Source of the DNA: Octopus vulgaris | Lineage: Eukaryota | Reading direction: 5' to 3' | DNA length: 64,000 nt | NCBI GenBank assembly: GCA_951406725.2 | Contig: OX597827.1 | Span: 27,838,001-27,902,000, forward strand | Shown: positions 41,933-57,406 of the stretch, one piece after another | How the letters are laid out: every line of letters begins with the position of its first letter | How positions within the stretch are numbered: the stretch's first letter is position 1 | Translations under genes and position numbers: made by a program | Notes under the pieces: generated by a model | The model's database searches: none | The model's input: only the letters and a program-made list of their open reading frames with translations | Told to the model about the DNA's origin: nothing

Positions 41933-42435
41933 GTATATATATGTATATTATATATATATATATATCTATATATATGTATATTATATATATATATATATAT
42001 ACATTATTTTATATCATTATTTGATTGAAAGCCACGCATCCAATTCCACGTAAGTTTATCTCTCTCTCTCTCTTTCTCTCTTCCTCTGAATATATATATA
42101 TATATATATTGGCTAAACTGACAAAATGACCATTTCTAAATACAACAATATATATATATATATATATAAATAGTTTCTAATACGTTGGAATAAATAGACA
42201 CACTGGAATGTCTACCAGCTGCCGTATGTCGTTTTTGTATCCTCTCCATTTTTTTATATACCGTATAAATTAAGGGTAAACCATTTTTAACCCCCACCCG
42301 TATATGACTCTCAATTGCGATTTTACCACGCAGTAACCAGCATTTGGGTATGAATAATTGGTAGACTACCAGCAGTATATTGGATAGGTACTATCCCTTT
42401 AATCTGGTTGGCTTCCCAACCTCTAACTCTCACAG

Positions 42436-42532
<97 letters not shown>

Positions 42533-43607
42533 TATATATATTCACACACACACACACACATACACTTACACGTATAAAGTCATAAATGACAGAGTAATAG
42601 TTTAATGAAATTTTATTCCACAATAAGAAAATTCTAGTATCACGACAAATTGTTTCGTTACTTAAAACATGTAAATAATTTATATTATATTTAATAATAA
42701 ATTACTCACATCTCTGCATTAATGCAATAACATTATTTTTAGAGATTTTATGCATTTTGCATAAGATATGTATATAATATGTTTGTATTCTGTGGTTAAA
42801 ACGGTTGAACAAAAATGGAAGAAATAGTCAGCGTGCAATGTAAATAGGGTAAATGGTAAAAGTACACAAGATAATGTAGATCAAGATAGACTATGCCTGC
42901 AAAAAGTAATAGTGAAGGTAGGAATGCCTTTGATCATAGGTAACTGGAAGCAAGGTTGAATTGAGTCTAAAGTCCAAACAACAACGAAATAAGTAAAATA
43001 ATGGAGATAGAGGTGAAGGCACTATTGCCAGTAGAGGAAGAAAGATGGTAAGCTAAAACATATAAAATATGGCGGTTATTAGAATGTACAATAATAACGT
43101 CGTACGACAATTGAATCTCAACTTCCGTTAAATAGCTTGGACATCTAATCTTAACTAGCGATATTAAGATTCATTTTAGCCTTTGAAGTATATTATAGGA
43201 AAGAAATAAAGAGAAAGAGAAAGAGAAGGCAAAGAAAAGAAAACCTTCACTCGCTAGCTGATGAGACTCTGCAAACACACGTGTTTTAGATTGCTAAATG
43301 ATCAGTTCTTATCGCATTCGTTACCTGATTCTTCAATTTTCGGAAACAAAATGAAATTTTGAATAACTTCTTGTCTGGAGGTGAACGAACGCAGACACAA
43401 CACAACTTGGCACCACACATCAAGATGTGTGGACATACACACGGAAACACTCACATAAACGTATACATACAACCGTACAGACACACACACACACACTTAT
43501 ATATATTCACACAGTTGCAGACACCGTCACAAACACACGTCGCATACACATAAATATGCACATACATATATATATACAAGTGTATGTATGGATCTGTGTA
43601 TGTATGT

Positions 43608-43824
<217 letters not shown>

Positions 43825-43827
43825 ATA

Positions 43828-43970
<143 letters not shown>

Positions 43971-45303
43971 CAGATAGATAAAAAAACACACACACATACA
44001 TAACTATGTATGCATATATACACTCACACATACCTGTATTATTGTAAAGACGTTGTGGAGCTGAGCGGTGTCAACATCAATCTGTGCACATACGCGTGTT
44101 CGTCTACGCTCACGATTCTGTGTGCGTGCCCCTGTGTCTCTATATATGCACGTGTGTATGCGTGTGTGCGTGTGCGTTCGCTGGTGTGTGCGTGTACATC
44201 TTTTGTATTTACGTTAATCAGAATTGTTAGCATCCTTCTGGATATTTCTGCACAATTAGTCTTCCATTGTTTGTCAGAGTTCCATTACCGATGGTCGCTA
44301 CCTCGTCTTTTCTGTTCTGTTATTAAAACCTCATCTTTCCTCTTTGCTGCCAACGATTATCTTCCTTCATTCTAATACGCTAACATTGTTTCTTGTTCTT
44401 CAATACCACTAAAGAGTAAGCAGATAGTAGTGGTGCCGGTGGTGGCCACGGAGTAAGATTATATGCAATATATATATATATATGCATATTATCTTTTATC
44501 TTAATATATATGGGTGTCTATGTGTATGTATGTGTGTACATGCACACACACATACACAAACATATATATATACAGACACAAAGACATGCATACAAGCATA
44601 CACATACACATACGGATTTATGTATGTATGTATGTATATATATATATATCAAAATATACATAATATATATGTATATACACACACACACACATATATATAC
44701 ATACATACATATATATACACACACACACATATACATATAGATATATACATATATATATGTATATACATATCTATGTGTATATGTATATTTATACATATAT
44801 ATGATATGTATGTATGCGTGTGTGTGTGTATGTTTGTATGTATATATATCTATATATATACGAAAAAAGAAAGATCAGAAGAATAGAAGGGAGAAGTAGA
44901 AGCGATACACGCACTTACAGACACACACACACACACACACACACACACTTACACGCATACACATACAAGCTCACACACACTCCCATACACATACACATAT
45001 AATACACACAACATCCCTCTCTTGATGTAAACCAGGCGTCTGTGATACGGTTAATACCTATTATCATTGGATCCTTATTTCGTATTCTCTATGATTGCAA
45101 CGGAGATAGAATATAATTCATTATAGTGCCTTTGTGAGGACAGTATAATAGCTATCACTCAGCTTGTATGCTGTCGTATGTGTGTGCTGTGCTGGCTGTT
45201 TAATGTGGTTATGTCCATGTATAATGCTTACGACAATTGAGGATATGAAATGAAATGAGATGAATGCGTTATAGACAGACACGCCTATTATTTAACATGC
45301 TTA

Positions 45304-45348
<45 letters not shown>

Positions 45349-45354
45349 ATATAT

Positions 45355-45391
45355 CGCTGACGAGAGGTCAATACCTCGAAACTCGAGTCCG
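45355..45391 (+). ncRNA. Minimal type I hammerhead ribozyme (stem I truncated)
   Basis: CG-CTGACGA-GAGGT-CAAT-ACCTC-GAAA-C-TCGA-G-TC-CG; palindromic loop III. Confidence 0.8.
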
Positions 45392-45556
45392 TGTGTATCA
45401 TAAGTTGAAGACGGGAAGGATGACTTCCCTTTGCAAATACTGATAGAGCACAGAAAGTGTGTCTATGGCCAGCTGGAGGAGTGTGTCCTCCTGGGGCTAA
45501 AAACTACAGTAGCATCCACCCTTAGGGGTTAGCCATATTGAAATGGCAAATATACG

Positions 45557-45561
<5 letters not shown>
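45355..45561 (+). mobile_element. Penelope-type terminal repeat homologous to 20073-20281
   Basis: Colinear homology; (TA)n on both sides. Confidence 0.8.
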
Positions 45562-45634
<73 letters not shown>

Positions 45635-45849
45635 TATGTATGCTCGCATATATGCATGTGCATTTGTGTATATATATACATTATGAATGTGTGTGCTTTT
45701 TTTCTCGTTTCAGTCATTTGACTGCAGTCATACTGGAGCACCGTCTTGCAGGGTTGTAATCGAAAAAATTATTTTTTAAAGCCTAAAACTTACTCTATGG
45801 GTCTCTTTTGTAGAATTGCCTAGTTTCGAGTACGTATATATATATATGC

Positions 45850-46044
45850 TCTTTACTTGTTTCAGTCATTTCACTGTGGTCATGCAATGCCTTTATTCGA
45901 GCAAATCGACCCCAGGACTTATTCTTTGTAAGCCTAGTACTTATTCTATCGGGCTTTTGCCGAAACGCTAAGTTACGGGGACGTAAACACACCAGCATCG
46001 GTTGTCATGTGATGTTGGGAGGACAAACACAGACACACAAACAT

Positions 46045-46089
<45 letters not shown>

Positions 46090-46263
46090 CATATATACGA
46101 CGGGCTTCTTTCAGTTTCCGTCTACCAAATCCACTCACAAGGCTTTGGTCGGCCCGAGGCTATAGTAGAAGACAGTTGCCAAAGGTGCCACGCAGTGGGA
46201 CTGAACCTGGAACCATGTGGTTGGGAAGCAAGCTACTTACCACACAGCTACTCCTGCGCCTAT

Positions 46264-46335
<72 letters not shown>

Positions 46336-46450
46336 GACAGGTTTCTTTCAGTTTCCGTCTACCAAAAAATCACACAAGGTTTTGTTCGGCCCGAGGTTAT
46401 AGTAGAAAACACTTGCCCAAGGCACTACGCAATGAGACTGAACTCGGAAC
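45850..46450 (-). mobile_element. SINE family A, full copy plus a second partial head
   Basis: Tail through head ...CTACTCCTGCGCC at 46260; partial copy at 46335-46450. Confidence 0.9.
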
Positions 46451-46897
46451 GTAATGTCGTAAGGCCGATTCCCGGCAGCGCCTCATGTCCTTCAGCAAGA
46501 CAAAGTTTCCTTTATTTTACGTTGTTCCAGTCTACCCAACTGGCAAGCAAAAAATGTGAAAGGGCCAACGATGCCACATTCCGTGTCACACCCAATCTCT
46601 CTAAGAATCACATTGAGGGTACGCGTCTAAGTAACACACACATTTATAACAATTTTACAGGGAAAGATTGAAAGCGCCTTCGAAGTTTCAACATGGTTGC
46701 CCTCATCAGCCTAAACTTCGACGTCACAGTCAATGTTTTCCTTGTAAAATTTTAATAGGCAAGTATTCTACTGAAATGTATTGACTAATTCTTCAGTTTC
46801 ATATTGAATTACTTTTAGGCATAACTTGACATACACGACTACACACACACACACACACACACACTTCATTGTTTCTCTCCTTGTTTTTTTCTGTGTA

Positions 46898-46935
46898 TCT
46901 TTCTGTAGAAGAGCGTAGGCTCGAAACGTAAAAGA
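46898..46935 (+). ncRNA. Minimal hammerhead-like motif (CUGUAGA core variant)
   Basis: TCTTT-CTGTAGA-AGAGC-GTAG-GCTC-GAAA-CG-TA-AAAGA. Confidence 0.6.
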
Positions 46936-47025
46936 CGTTTTCTATTCGTGAACGCTATACTAATACATCTGTTTGTTTGTACACCACCTGCCTTCTTCTT
47001 TTGTTTATTTTCGTAAACTTTCCCT

Positions 47026-47073
<48 letters not shown>

Positions 47074-47074
47074 T

Positions 47075-47460
47075 CTTTTATTCTTTTACTTGTTTCAGTC
47101 ATTTGACTGCGGCCGTGCTGGAGCACCACCTTTAGACGAACAATTCGACCCCAGGACTTATTCTTTGTAAACCTAGTACTTATTGTATCGATCTCTTTTG
47201 CCGAACCGCTTAGTTACGGGAACGTAAACACACCAACACCGGTTATCAAGCAATGGTGCGGCACAAACACAGACACACACACAAATATACTTATGTACGA
47301 CAGGCTTGTTTCAGTTTCCGTCGACCAAATCCACTCAGAAGGCTTTGGTCGGCCCGAGGCTATAGTAGAAGACACCTGCCCAAGGTGTCACGCAGTGGGA
47401 CTGAACCCGGAATCATGTGGTTTGGAAGCAAGTTTCTTATCACACAGCCACTCCTGCACC
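47075..47460 (-). mobile_element. SINE family A, full length
   Basis: Tail TTGTTTCAGTCATTTGACTGCGGCCGTGCTGGAGCACC through head CAGCCACTCCTGCACC. Confidence 0.9.
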
Positions 47461-47570
47461 TTGTGAATTAAACCGTTTTGATCCACACACACACATATAT
47501 ATGCATGTATGTATGTATGTATGTATGTATGTATGTATGTATGTATGTATGTATGTATATATGTATGCAT

Positions 47571-47624
<54 letters not shown>

Positions 47625-48561
47625 ATGTATGTATGTATTTATGTATGTATGTATGTAAGTATACACACACACACACACATGTATGTATATATATATATAT
47701 GTGTGTGTGTGTGTATGTATGTATGTATTTAAGTATGTATGTATGTAAGTATACACACACACATGTATGTATGTATGTATGTATGTATGTATGTATGTAT
47801 GTATGTATGTATATTCAGGCATTTACATGCATATAAGAATACGAATGTTCAAAACTACACAAGCACACTATCAAGCACATACAGACGCTCACACCTATTC
47901 ACACTCTTTCACTCTCATACACTCACATACACACACTCTCTGCCTGTCTGTCTGTTTGTCTCTCTCCCTCTCTCACACTCTCTCACCTTATACACACATG
48001 CAAACGAAGCCAGGTCATGTTAAACATAGAAGAAAGTGCTATAGACAAAGAAGACAGATTTTTCGAAGCAGGAGTTTTTACTCGTCTCAAGAACACCACT
48101 TAAACATCTCCCCAGGGGTTATCAGCCGCCCTGCCAGCCACTCCCCACTCTCCCACTGACAATATCAATCTATTTCTCAGCTTCATTCTCAATCTGCTCT
48201 CTCACTCTCTCTCTCTCTCTCTCTCGCTTTCTCTCTCTTTCTATCTCTCCTTCTCTCTCATCGTTTGTTCTCACTACTCATCTTTTGCTACACCTTTCTG
48301 TTTCTTTATATTTTTGTTCTCGGGCGCCACCTCCACCCCACTCACCCACACCTTTTAAGCCAATGCCTATTTATATTGGTTTCCTTTTCTGATTCACACA
48401 CGCGCATGCGCGCTCGAACACGCACACATACGCAAACACACGCATTAACACACATGAAAAAAACCTCACATCTACATACACATATATTCAAGGTTTGTAC
48501 GAGTGGATATATGCCTTCTCCTTATATATATATACGCATATATATTCTTTTATACAACTTT

Positions 48562-48601
<40 letters not shown>

Positions 48602-48731
48602 AAGGATGTATTCTTTTATTCTTTACTTTTTCTTCGTTTTCGTTCCGTAGATACGGTCATGTTGGAGCACCAAATGATTTTGTACTTTTACACGCCATTT
48701 TCGTTTGACTGATATATATAAATATATATAT

Positions 48732-48762
<31 letters not shown>

Positions 48763-49705
48763 CATACATACATATATACATGCATATATACATGTATATG
48801 TATATATACATATACATGTATACACACGCACACACACACATATATATACATACATATATATATACATGCATATATACGTGTATATATACATATACATGTA
48901 TACATGTATACACACGCTCACACACATGCACACAAATATTCATTGAGCCAAACATACGCAGAAAAAAGGCGTAAGGATGTAGTGGTCCTCCCATTTTAAG
49001 AGGTCACCTTCACTTTCTTTCTCTCATTCTGTCTTTCCTTCTTTCTTTCTTTCGTACTCTCTTTCTTCCTCTCTTCTTCCCTCCCCTCCTCTCTCTTTCC
49101 TTCCACCAAATTCCCTTCGAGATCTTTCGTCGGAACAGATAGAATCCGACCAGGTTTAAAGACGCAGGGGATGGTATGGAGGATTTATGAGTTCAAAAGG
49201 TGGCGAGAACAAACGAGATTGTTTGTGAAGCAGCGGCAGCGATAGCAGCAGAAGCAGTTTCTGTGGGCTTCCCTCCAACATGAATTGGATTGAAGGGCTA
49301 CTCGTTGGAGAGCGATTGGAGGCGGCGGCGGCGGTGGTGGAGGTTGTCGTCGTCGTCGTCGTGTGTCTTCTAGAGCTGAAGGAAATAAGTTCATTACGAA
49401 CCTTATGGCCTCGAAGCCATCTTCTTTGTGCAGGCCCCCACCCCGCACCCGCCGTCCATCGCCCTCCACCCAGATCGAGCCATCTTCAATGTTTGTCTTT
49501 TATGCTTTTATTATTTCGTTTTTGATTTTAGTTTTGCGTTTCTCATATCGTCTTTTCGTTATTTTATTCTCTTTTACTTTTCTTTCTTCCTCTCTCTCTC
49601 TCTCTCTCCCACACACATACATACATACACATATAAGTGTGAATGTATGTATGGATGGATGTTCGTGTTTGTATGTATGTGTTTGTATGTATGTATGTAT
49701 GTATG

Positions 49706-50080
49706 GAACCACATGGTTCCGGGTTGAGTCTCACTGCGTGGCACCTTGGGTAAATGTCTTCTACTATAGCCTCGGGCCGACCAACGCCTTGGAGTGGATT
49801 TAGTCGACGGAAACTGAAAGAAGACCTTCGTATATGTATATATATATATATATGTATGTATGTGTGTGTATATGTTTCTGTGTTTGTGTTTGTCCCTCAA
49901 CATTGCTTGACAACCGATGCTGGTGTGTTTACGTCTCCGTAACTTAGTGATTCGGCAAAAGAGACCGATACAATAAGTACTAGGCTTACAAAGAAGAACT
50001 CCTAGGTTCGATTTGATAGACTAAAGGCGGTGTTCCAGCATGGCCTCAGACCCCTAACTGAAACATGTAAAAGAATAAAA
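49706..50080 (+). mobile_element. SINE family A, 5'-truncated
   Basis: AACCACATGGTTCCGGGTTGAGTC through CTGAAACATGTAAAAGAATAAAAG. Confidence 0.9.
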
Positions 50081-50099
50081 GTGTACACAAAGTAGCATT

Positions 50100-50400
50100 T
50101 TGATCACTTTGACCGACCAGTCCGTCGGGTGTCCATTTGACACCGCTGGTCACAGAACGCTGTCCACTCCTCTCTGGATCGCGCCTTTCTCATCCACATG
50201 ATCCCAATCGTCCTCTTGAAATCGTCACTCCACCGTCGTTGAGGTCTTCCGGGTGGTCTTTTCCGCTCACGCGGGTACCACTCGACAACTACGTGCGTCC
50301 ACCGATTATCGGTGAGCTGGGCAACGTATCCAGCCTATCTATACTTGCTGCGTGTATACTCTGCGACGACATCTCTCACGCCGGACTTCTTTCTGATGAT
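50100..50400 (-). mobile_element. RTE-clade LINE 3' end
   Basis: [11 protein letters not shown]...[16 protein letters not shown]...[21 protein letters not shown] matches the RTE ORF C-terminal signature. Confidence 0.85.
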
Positions 50401-50435
50401 GTTGCTATACATATATATATATATAAAGAATAAAA

Positions 50436-50468
<33 letters not shown>

Positions 50469-50498
50469 ACATATATATATATACACATATATATACAC

Positions 50499-50573
<75 letters not shown>

Positions 50574-50667
50574 TACATATATATATATACATATATATAT
50601 GTATATATCCATACTAGGATAATTCATTCAACTACTTATACATATATATATATATACATATATATAT

Positions 50668-50731
<64 letters not shown>

Positions 50732-51381
50732 AAAAAATATATATAAAAATACAAAATGGGATAAGAACGCAAAACACTCAAACAGACAACACAAAAAACG
50801 GACGGGTCATTCGAAGCCTCTAATCTTCAGTCAAGAACCGGATCATCCTCTCAATTTCGGCTGAATAATCTTGAGATCGCTCCGATCCGGCCAGCCCCAA
50901 GGAAAAACTAAGCTACGAGCATTAGATTTCTTGGAAAAAGGATCGAATGTATACGATGCCACACGAATATAAATACAAAAAACAATAATAATAATGACAG
51001 GACAAAAACAGCGAGTGTCTTACAACTTTAGACAGTTCAACTTAGCTTAGCTGGCGTATTTGAAAAATAATGCCTTTGCAGCAGACGAAGAAAACGATGT
51101 TGTCGTGGCGGTAGTCAGAAGCCGAAAGGCTAGTTGACCGGCGGTCACGTTAGAGGAGAAGAGAGAGAAAAAAATGGGGCAAAGGAATTAAAGAGAGAGA
51201 GAAAAAGAGTGACAAAGGCACCAAAGGGGGGGGGGAGAAGAGAGAAAAAGAAGGAATTAAAGAGGGGAGAAGAAAGAGTGCGTACCAGGGATTGGCTTGG
51301 CGACAGAATCAGAGAGGTGCAAAGTGAGAAAGACAGAGAAAGGTGAGAGTGTGGGAAGAGGAGACCAATATATATAATATA

Positions 51382-51505
<124 letters not shown>

Positions 51506-51624
51506 CATACATATATATATATGTATATATATAAAGTTAATCCAAAAAGAAAGCACAAAAAAACACAACAACGCGAGGACGTGGAACGAATATAGTATTA
51601 TTGGACGCTCAGGAAAGAAGGAGG

Positions 51625-51658
51625 GTTTAACGTTTCGAGCGGACTCTTCGTCGGAAAC
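51625..51658 (-). ncRNA. Minimal type I hammerhead ribozyme (CCGACGA core)
   Basis: Minus strand GTTT-CCGACGA-AGAGTCCGCTC-GAAA-CG-TT-AAAC; lies inside the 51530-51730 repeat. Confidence 0.7.
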
Positions 51659-51724
51659 ATAGGAGAAGGAAAGATCCAGAGAAGGGAAGACAGAGGAAAA
51701 AGATTGCCAACGGTACACACGAGG

Positions 51725-51799
<75 letters not shown>

Positions 51800-51947
51800 C
51801 ATATTTTATGTATACCACTCTGCTTAAATAATGGAACAGCAGATACAATATCCCTGCATATCTCACGTCTGTTTTCATTCGTCCACTTCACTCTCTATTT
51901 CATATCTTCTCTTGAATAACTATTGCTTAACCATTCTCTCGCACCCT

Positions 51948-51991
51948 CTCCGATGAAGGGATATATGAAATATCCCGGAAACAGCTGTAAG
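51948..51991 (+). ncRNA. Type I hammerhead motif (CCGAUGA core, weak stem I)
   Basis: CT-CCGATGA-AGGGATAT-ATGAA-ATATCCCG-GAAA-CAGCTG-TA-AG; palindromic stem III. Confidence 0.65.
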
Positions 51992-52591
51992 CCCTTCTCT
52001 TTATAAATGTTCTGAAATCTTTCACAGCCTTGGATTTTTATCCCCTTCTCTCTCTCTCTCTATATATATATATATACGAGAGCGTGGTGAAAAGTTCCCG
52101 CCTGGTATTGCAAAATGCCTGGTTGGAGACCCAACCTTCCGAATTCTGTTACAGGGTTTAGAAAAACTGAACCATTGCTGCAATAAGTGCGTGAATCTGA
52201 GAGGGGAATATAGGAGGGGAATAAAATCATAATTAACTGACCGTCTTGTATTTTCTTTTTCCTAAAGCAAGGAATTTTCAACACTTCCTCGCGTATGTAT
52301 GTACATAAAGAAAATGCAGTATTTTAATTTAGTTTCATGATAGCCGAATCTTGTATGTGTGTGTGTGTGTGTGTGCTTAGAAAAAATCTTGTTTGCTCTG
52401 CGAAGAGATCAAATGGGACAAAAGCGTCATTATAGTTTAGATGATAGAGACCAGTTCGCAACAATATATTTTTTGTCGTAGAGACAAGGGGAAGAATACA
52501 CATTGTGTAGACTATGTTCTTTCAATAGCCTTATGTGTCTCGTCCAATTTGTAACTCTTGAGCTTTAATAAAAGAGCTGTGATTTAGGCTC

Positions 52592-52624
<33 letters not shown>

Positions 52625-52625
52625 T

Positions 52626-52678
<53 letters not shown>

Positions 52679-52693
52679 ATGCGTTTTTTTTAA

Positions 52694-52774
52694 AGCTCTG
52701 ACGAAGCTATAAGTTGGTACACAAGCACACATCTCTGCGTGCATTGTATCTCATAGTAGAAACAGTTGCAAACT
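52694..52774 (+). ncRNA. Decayed hammerhead with extended stem II
   Basis: AGCT-CTGACGA-AGCTAT...ATAGTA-GAAA-CAGTTG-CA-AACT; the cleavage triplet is mutated. Confidence 0.45.
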
Positions 52775-52864
52775 AATGAAGCATATTATACAATTTCTTG
52801 TTCCCTTGTCGTTTGTTTAATTTCTTATTACATTCTGGATCCTACTACCACTTTTCTCTGAAAT

Positions 52865-53012
52865 AGGAGTGGCTGTGTGACAGGCGCAGGAGTGGCTGTG
52901 TGACAGGCGCAGGAGTGGCTGTGTGACAGGCCCAGGAGTGGCTGTATGGTAAGTAGCTTGCTTACCAACCACCTGGTTCCGGGTTCAGTCCTACTGCGTG
53001 GCACCATGGGCC
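52865..53012 (+). mobile_element. SINE A head preceded by three 23-bp tandem copies of its 5' end
   Basis: (AGGAGTGGCTGTGTGACAGGCGC)x3 followed by the normal head. Confidence 0.9.
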
Positions 53013-53303
53013 AGTGTATGTATGTATGTACGTATGTATGTATTTATGTCTCCGTGTAGATATGTATGTTGTGTTTTATGTAAGTCTTCTTATGCTTATG
53101 CTCATATATATTTAAATGATAAACTTCCGGAAAATTTTACAAATTTTTACAGTTTCAGTGATGGATTGGATCTGCAGTCTTCGAATTAGCTTTCACCTTT
53201 CTGGTTTTGTGAAGCCTAATTTCTCATGATTAGCATTTAGGCAGTGTATGTATTTATATATGTATGTATTATGTGTATATGTAAATATATTTGTGTGTAC
53301 AAA

Positions 53304-53372
<69 letters not shown>

Positions 53373-53767
53373 CCACAGCCACATATATATATATATACAC
53401 ATACATATACCTATGTATACATACATACTCACATATATACACACACACACCTCATTTTTGTCTAACTCGCTTAAAGGAGGAAATAAAGAGACAAACACAC
53501 ATCAAGAAATAAACAAACAAGAGAAACCAGACGACAGACAATATGTCATTGTATTTGAAAAGAGTTCCTGTGGTGAAGAGGCAATTGTCGTGGCGGTACG
53601 GCTTAGTGATCGCTTGTCTGGACTCTTTGTTTCGTATTCATACCACCGAAATCTTTGTAGTCTCTGTTCGCTATCGTTGGCTCGTTGCACACTTCTGATC
53701 ACCCGTTCTTAAAAGTAATACACCGATGCTTTGAAAATAAGAATGATTTATTATTGTTGTTGTTGTA

Positions 53768-53809
<42 letters not shown>

Positions 53810-53874
53810 GTTGTTGTTGTTGCTGCTGTTATTATTATTATTATTATTATTATTGTTGTTGTTGTTGTTGTTGC

Positions 53875-53948
<74 letters not shown>

Positions 53949-54404
53949 AGGGCTCTTCAGGACTCGCCACTCACTCGACCTTCCCAGTTACCGCTATCGC
54001 CACCTGATGGCAAAAAGAATATTATTGTTTAGTATTTTACGCTGTTTAAACACTTAATATAACATCAGTACAGTGTGGTATGGCACGGTATGATTGGAGA
54101 GCGTCCCGATGGTTTGTTATTGTATTTTTTCTTCTTTGTTATTCTGGGGTTTTTTTCTGTTTTCGCTATTGTCTGTCTGTTAAGAAACGCGAAACAATGA
54201 ACAGAACCAGTCATGCAACCCCAATTTCCTGAGGAGTAACGAGTCACTTCGGTCGAAACCAGACGAAAATAACAGATGAGAGAGGACAAGATAAAGCAAG
54301 GGTTGTGTCGAAAGGCAGATGAAACAGGGGAAGCGAAGAGCAGCAGCAACAACAACAACAATAATAACAATAACAATAACAATAATATTAATAACAACAA
54401 CAAC

Positions 54405-54477
<73 letters not shown>

Positions 54478-54677
54478 GCAAACATTTCTACTAAAGGCCT
54501 GAAATTTTGGAGGAGGAGACTAGTCGATTACATCGACCCTAATGTCTCACTGGTACTTAATTTATCGGCCTGAAAGGATGAAAGGTAAAGCCCACCTCGG
54601 CGGAATTTGAACTCGGAACGTCAAGCCGGAAGAAGAAGAAGAAGAAGTAGAAGTAGAAGAGGAAGAAAACAACAACA

Positions 54678-54789
<112 letters not shown>

Positions 54790-55048
54790 TATTATCATTA
54801 TTATTATTATTATTATTGTAATAACAATAATCCTTTGTATTATAGGCACAAGGCCTGAAGTTTTAGGGAAATGGACTGGTCGATAATATCGATCTTAGAA
54901 TTTCACTGGTACTTAATAATTTATCGACCCCGAAAGGATGAAAGACAAAGTCGACCTCAGCGGATTTGAATTCAGAACGTAGCGACGGGCGAAATATCAC
55001 TAAGCATTTCGTCCAGTGTGCTAACGATTCTGCCAACTCACTGCCTTC

Positions 55049-55207
<159 letters not shown>

Positions 55208-55212
55208 TTCTC

Positions 55213-55675
<463 letters not shown>

Positions 55676-56142
55676 GATGATATTAATAATGGACTCTCCC
55701 ACCGAGACGGTGTACGAGTGTTCAGCTTTTTGCCGAACGACATGCACAAATGATTCGTTTATAGTAATCAGTTGTTCGTGCCGCACATTAGCTCACTCTC
55801 TCCATCAAATCGATGTTGTCTCAAAAGGTGCACAAATGCGTCACACGACAAGTATCAAAGGGATTTCAGAGCAACGTCTGATGAAGTGTTTTGCTCAAGA
55901 ATACAACGCACCACCCCGTCTAGGAATTGAAACCACGACCCCGTAATCGTAAGTGAAACACCCTGACCACTACACCATGCGCCAGGTCAGGCAGTTTTCC
56001 TATCTGGAGGCTATGTCGAAAGAGTTAGTGTGGTGGACGAGGTTGAAAGGACTGAAGGCCGAAACACTTTCTCTTCGGTCAAGCCCTCATCAATTTTATT
56101 TTTGAAATTCCACTTGAAAAGGAAAGTGGGGGAGGAGAGGGA

Positions 56143-56225
56143 AATGCAATGCGTCGAGAAGAGCCCGTGTGAATGCGTCGAAAATGGCCCGTGTGAATGC
56201 GTCGAGAAAGGCCCGTGTGAATGCA
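56143..56225. repeat. 24-bp tandem repeat (AATGCGTCGAGAA..GCCCGTGTG) x3
   Basis: Directly visible. Confidence 0.9.
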
Positions 56226-56600
56226 CCTTCTCTTAACATAGTCTGTAGGCCGAAGGAGATGAGAAAGAGAGAGAGAGAGAGAGTTTCCCGCCTCAAGTGC
56301 TCTAGGCGATCGGTGCAACCAGGATGTGTGATCTTACTTTGTTGGCCCTGGTTAGAACTCCCCACTCCATTTAGGGAATTTCATTGTTTAAATTTCTTGA
56401 TAATTGTTATTGTTTTTGTATGCAAGTGTTTTTGTGCTAGGCCCCACTCGTTCCTTGTTTTATATTGTCTCTTTTTGTTTTGTGTTTAGCTCTTGTGGCC
56501 AATAAAGGAAAAGATTCTTATCATTATATACTGTTGTTGTTCTTTTTCTTCTTTTTCTTCTTTCTTCTTCTTCTTCTTCTTCTTCTTCTTCTTCTTCTTC

Positions 56601-56669
<69 letters not shown>

Positions 56670-56690
56670 ATAATAATAATAATAATAATA

Positions 56691-56743
<53 letters not shown>

Positions 56744-56808
56744 CATCATCATCATCATCATCATCATCATTATTATTATAATTATTGTCATTATTATTAT
56801 TATTTTTA

Positions 56809-57106
56809 TTCAGTAGTCTTAATTTTATCACGTGCTTTCACTTCATTACCGAGCGCAGCTCTGTGTGCCTTGGGTATGTGCTGTGGTTTGTTGTGATGCT
56901 CTTATTTTTACTGTATTTAAAGTGTTTTGCGTAGGATGTGTGCAGTGCACAGTAGTGCAATTTTCTTTATGTTATATATATTTGTAAGTCCTGGTGTTTT
57001 TGTTATCTATTTGTCTGAATATTATTATTATTATCATACCTAATGCGCCTAAGATGATAGGAAGTGTTTCTGCTTTTAGATTCCACATTCGAGCTACCTC
57101 TATTTT
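56809..57106 (-). mobile_element. Dong/R4-clade (REL endonuclease) non-LTR retrotransposon 3' end
   Basis: KIEVARMWNLKAETLPIILGALGMI.../SDK*ITKTPGLTNIYNIKKIALLCTAHILRKTL*, then a ~100-nt 3' UTR ending in (TAA)n. Confidence 0.85.
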
Positions 57107-57143
57107 CTCTATTCTTCTTCTTCTTCTTCTTCTTCTTCTTCTT

Positions 57144-57310
<167 letters not shown>

Positions 57311-57312
57311 CA

Positions 57313-57406
<94 letters not shown>

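Noticed and set aside
43254-43290. CTAG-CTGATGA...AAACACACGTGTT hammerhead-like motif
   Set aside because: GAAA is broken and there is no stem II; may be chance.
50735-51350. Probable Penelope-related fragment, partly similar to 53550-53710
   Set aside because: Repeat nature is likely, but I could not recover a clear protein motif or HHR, so it is left unclassified.
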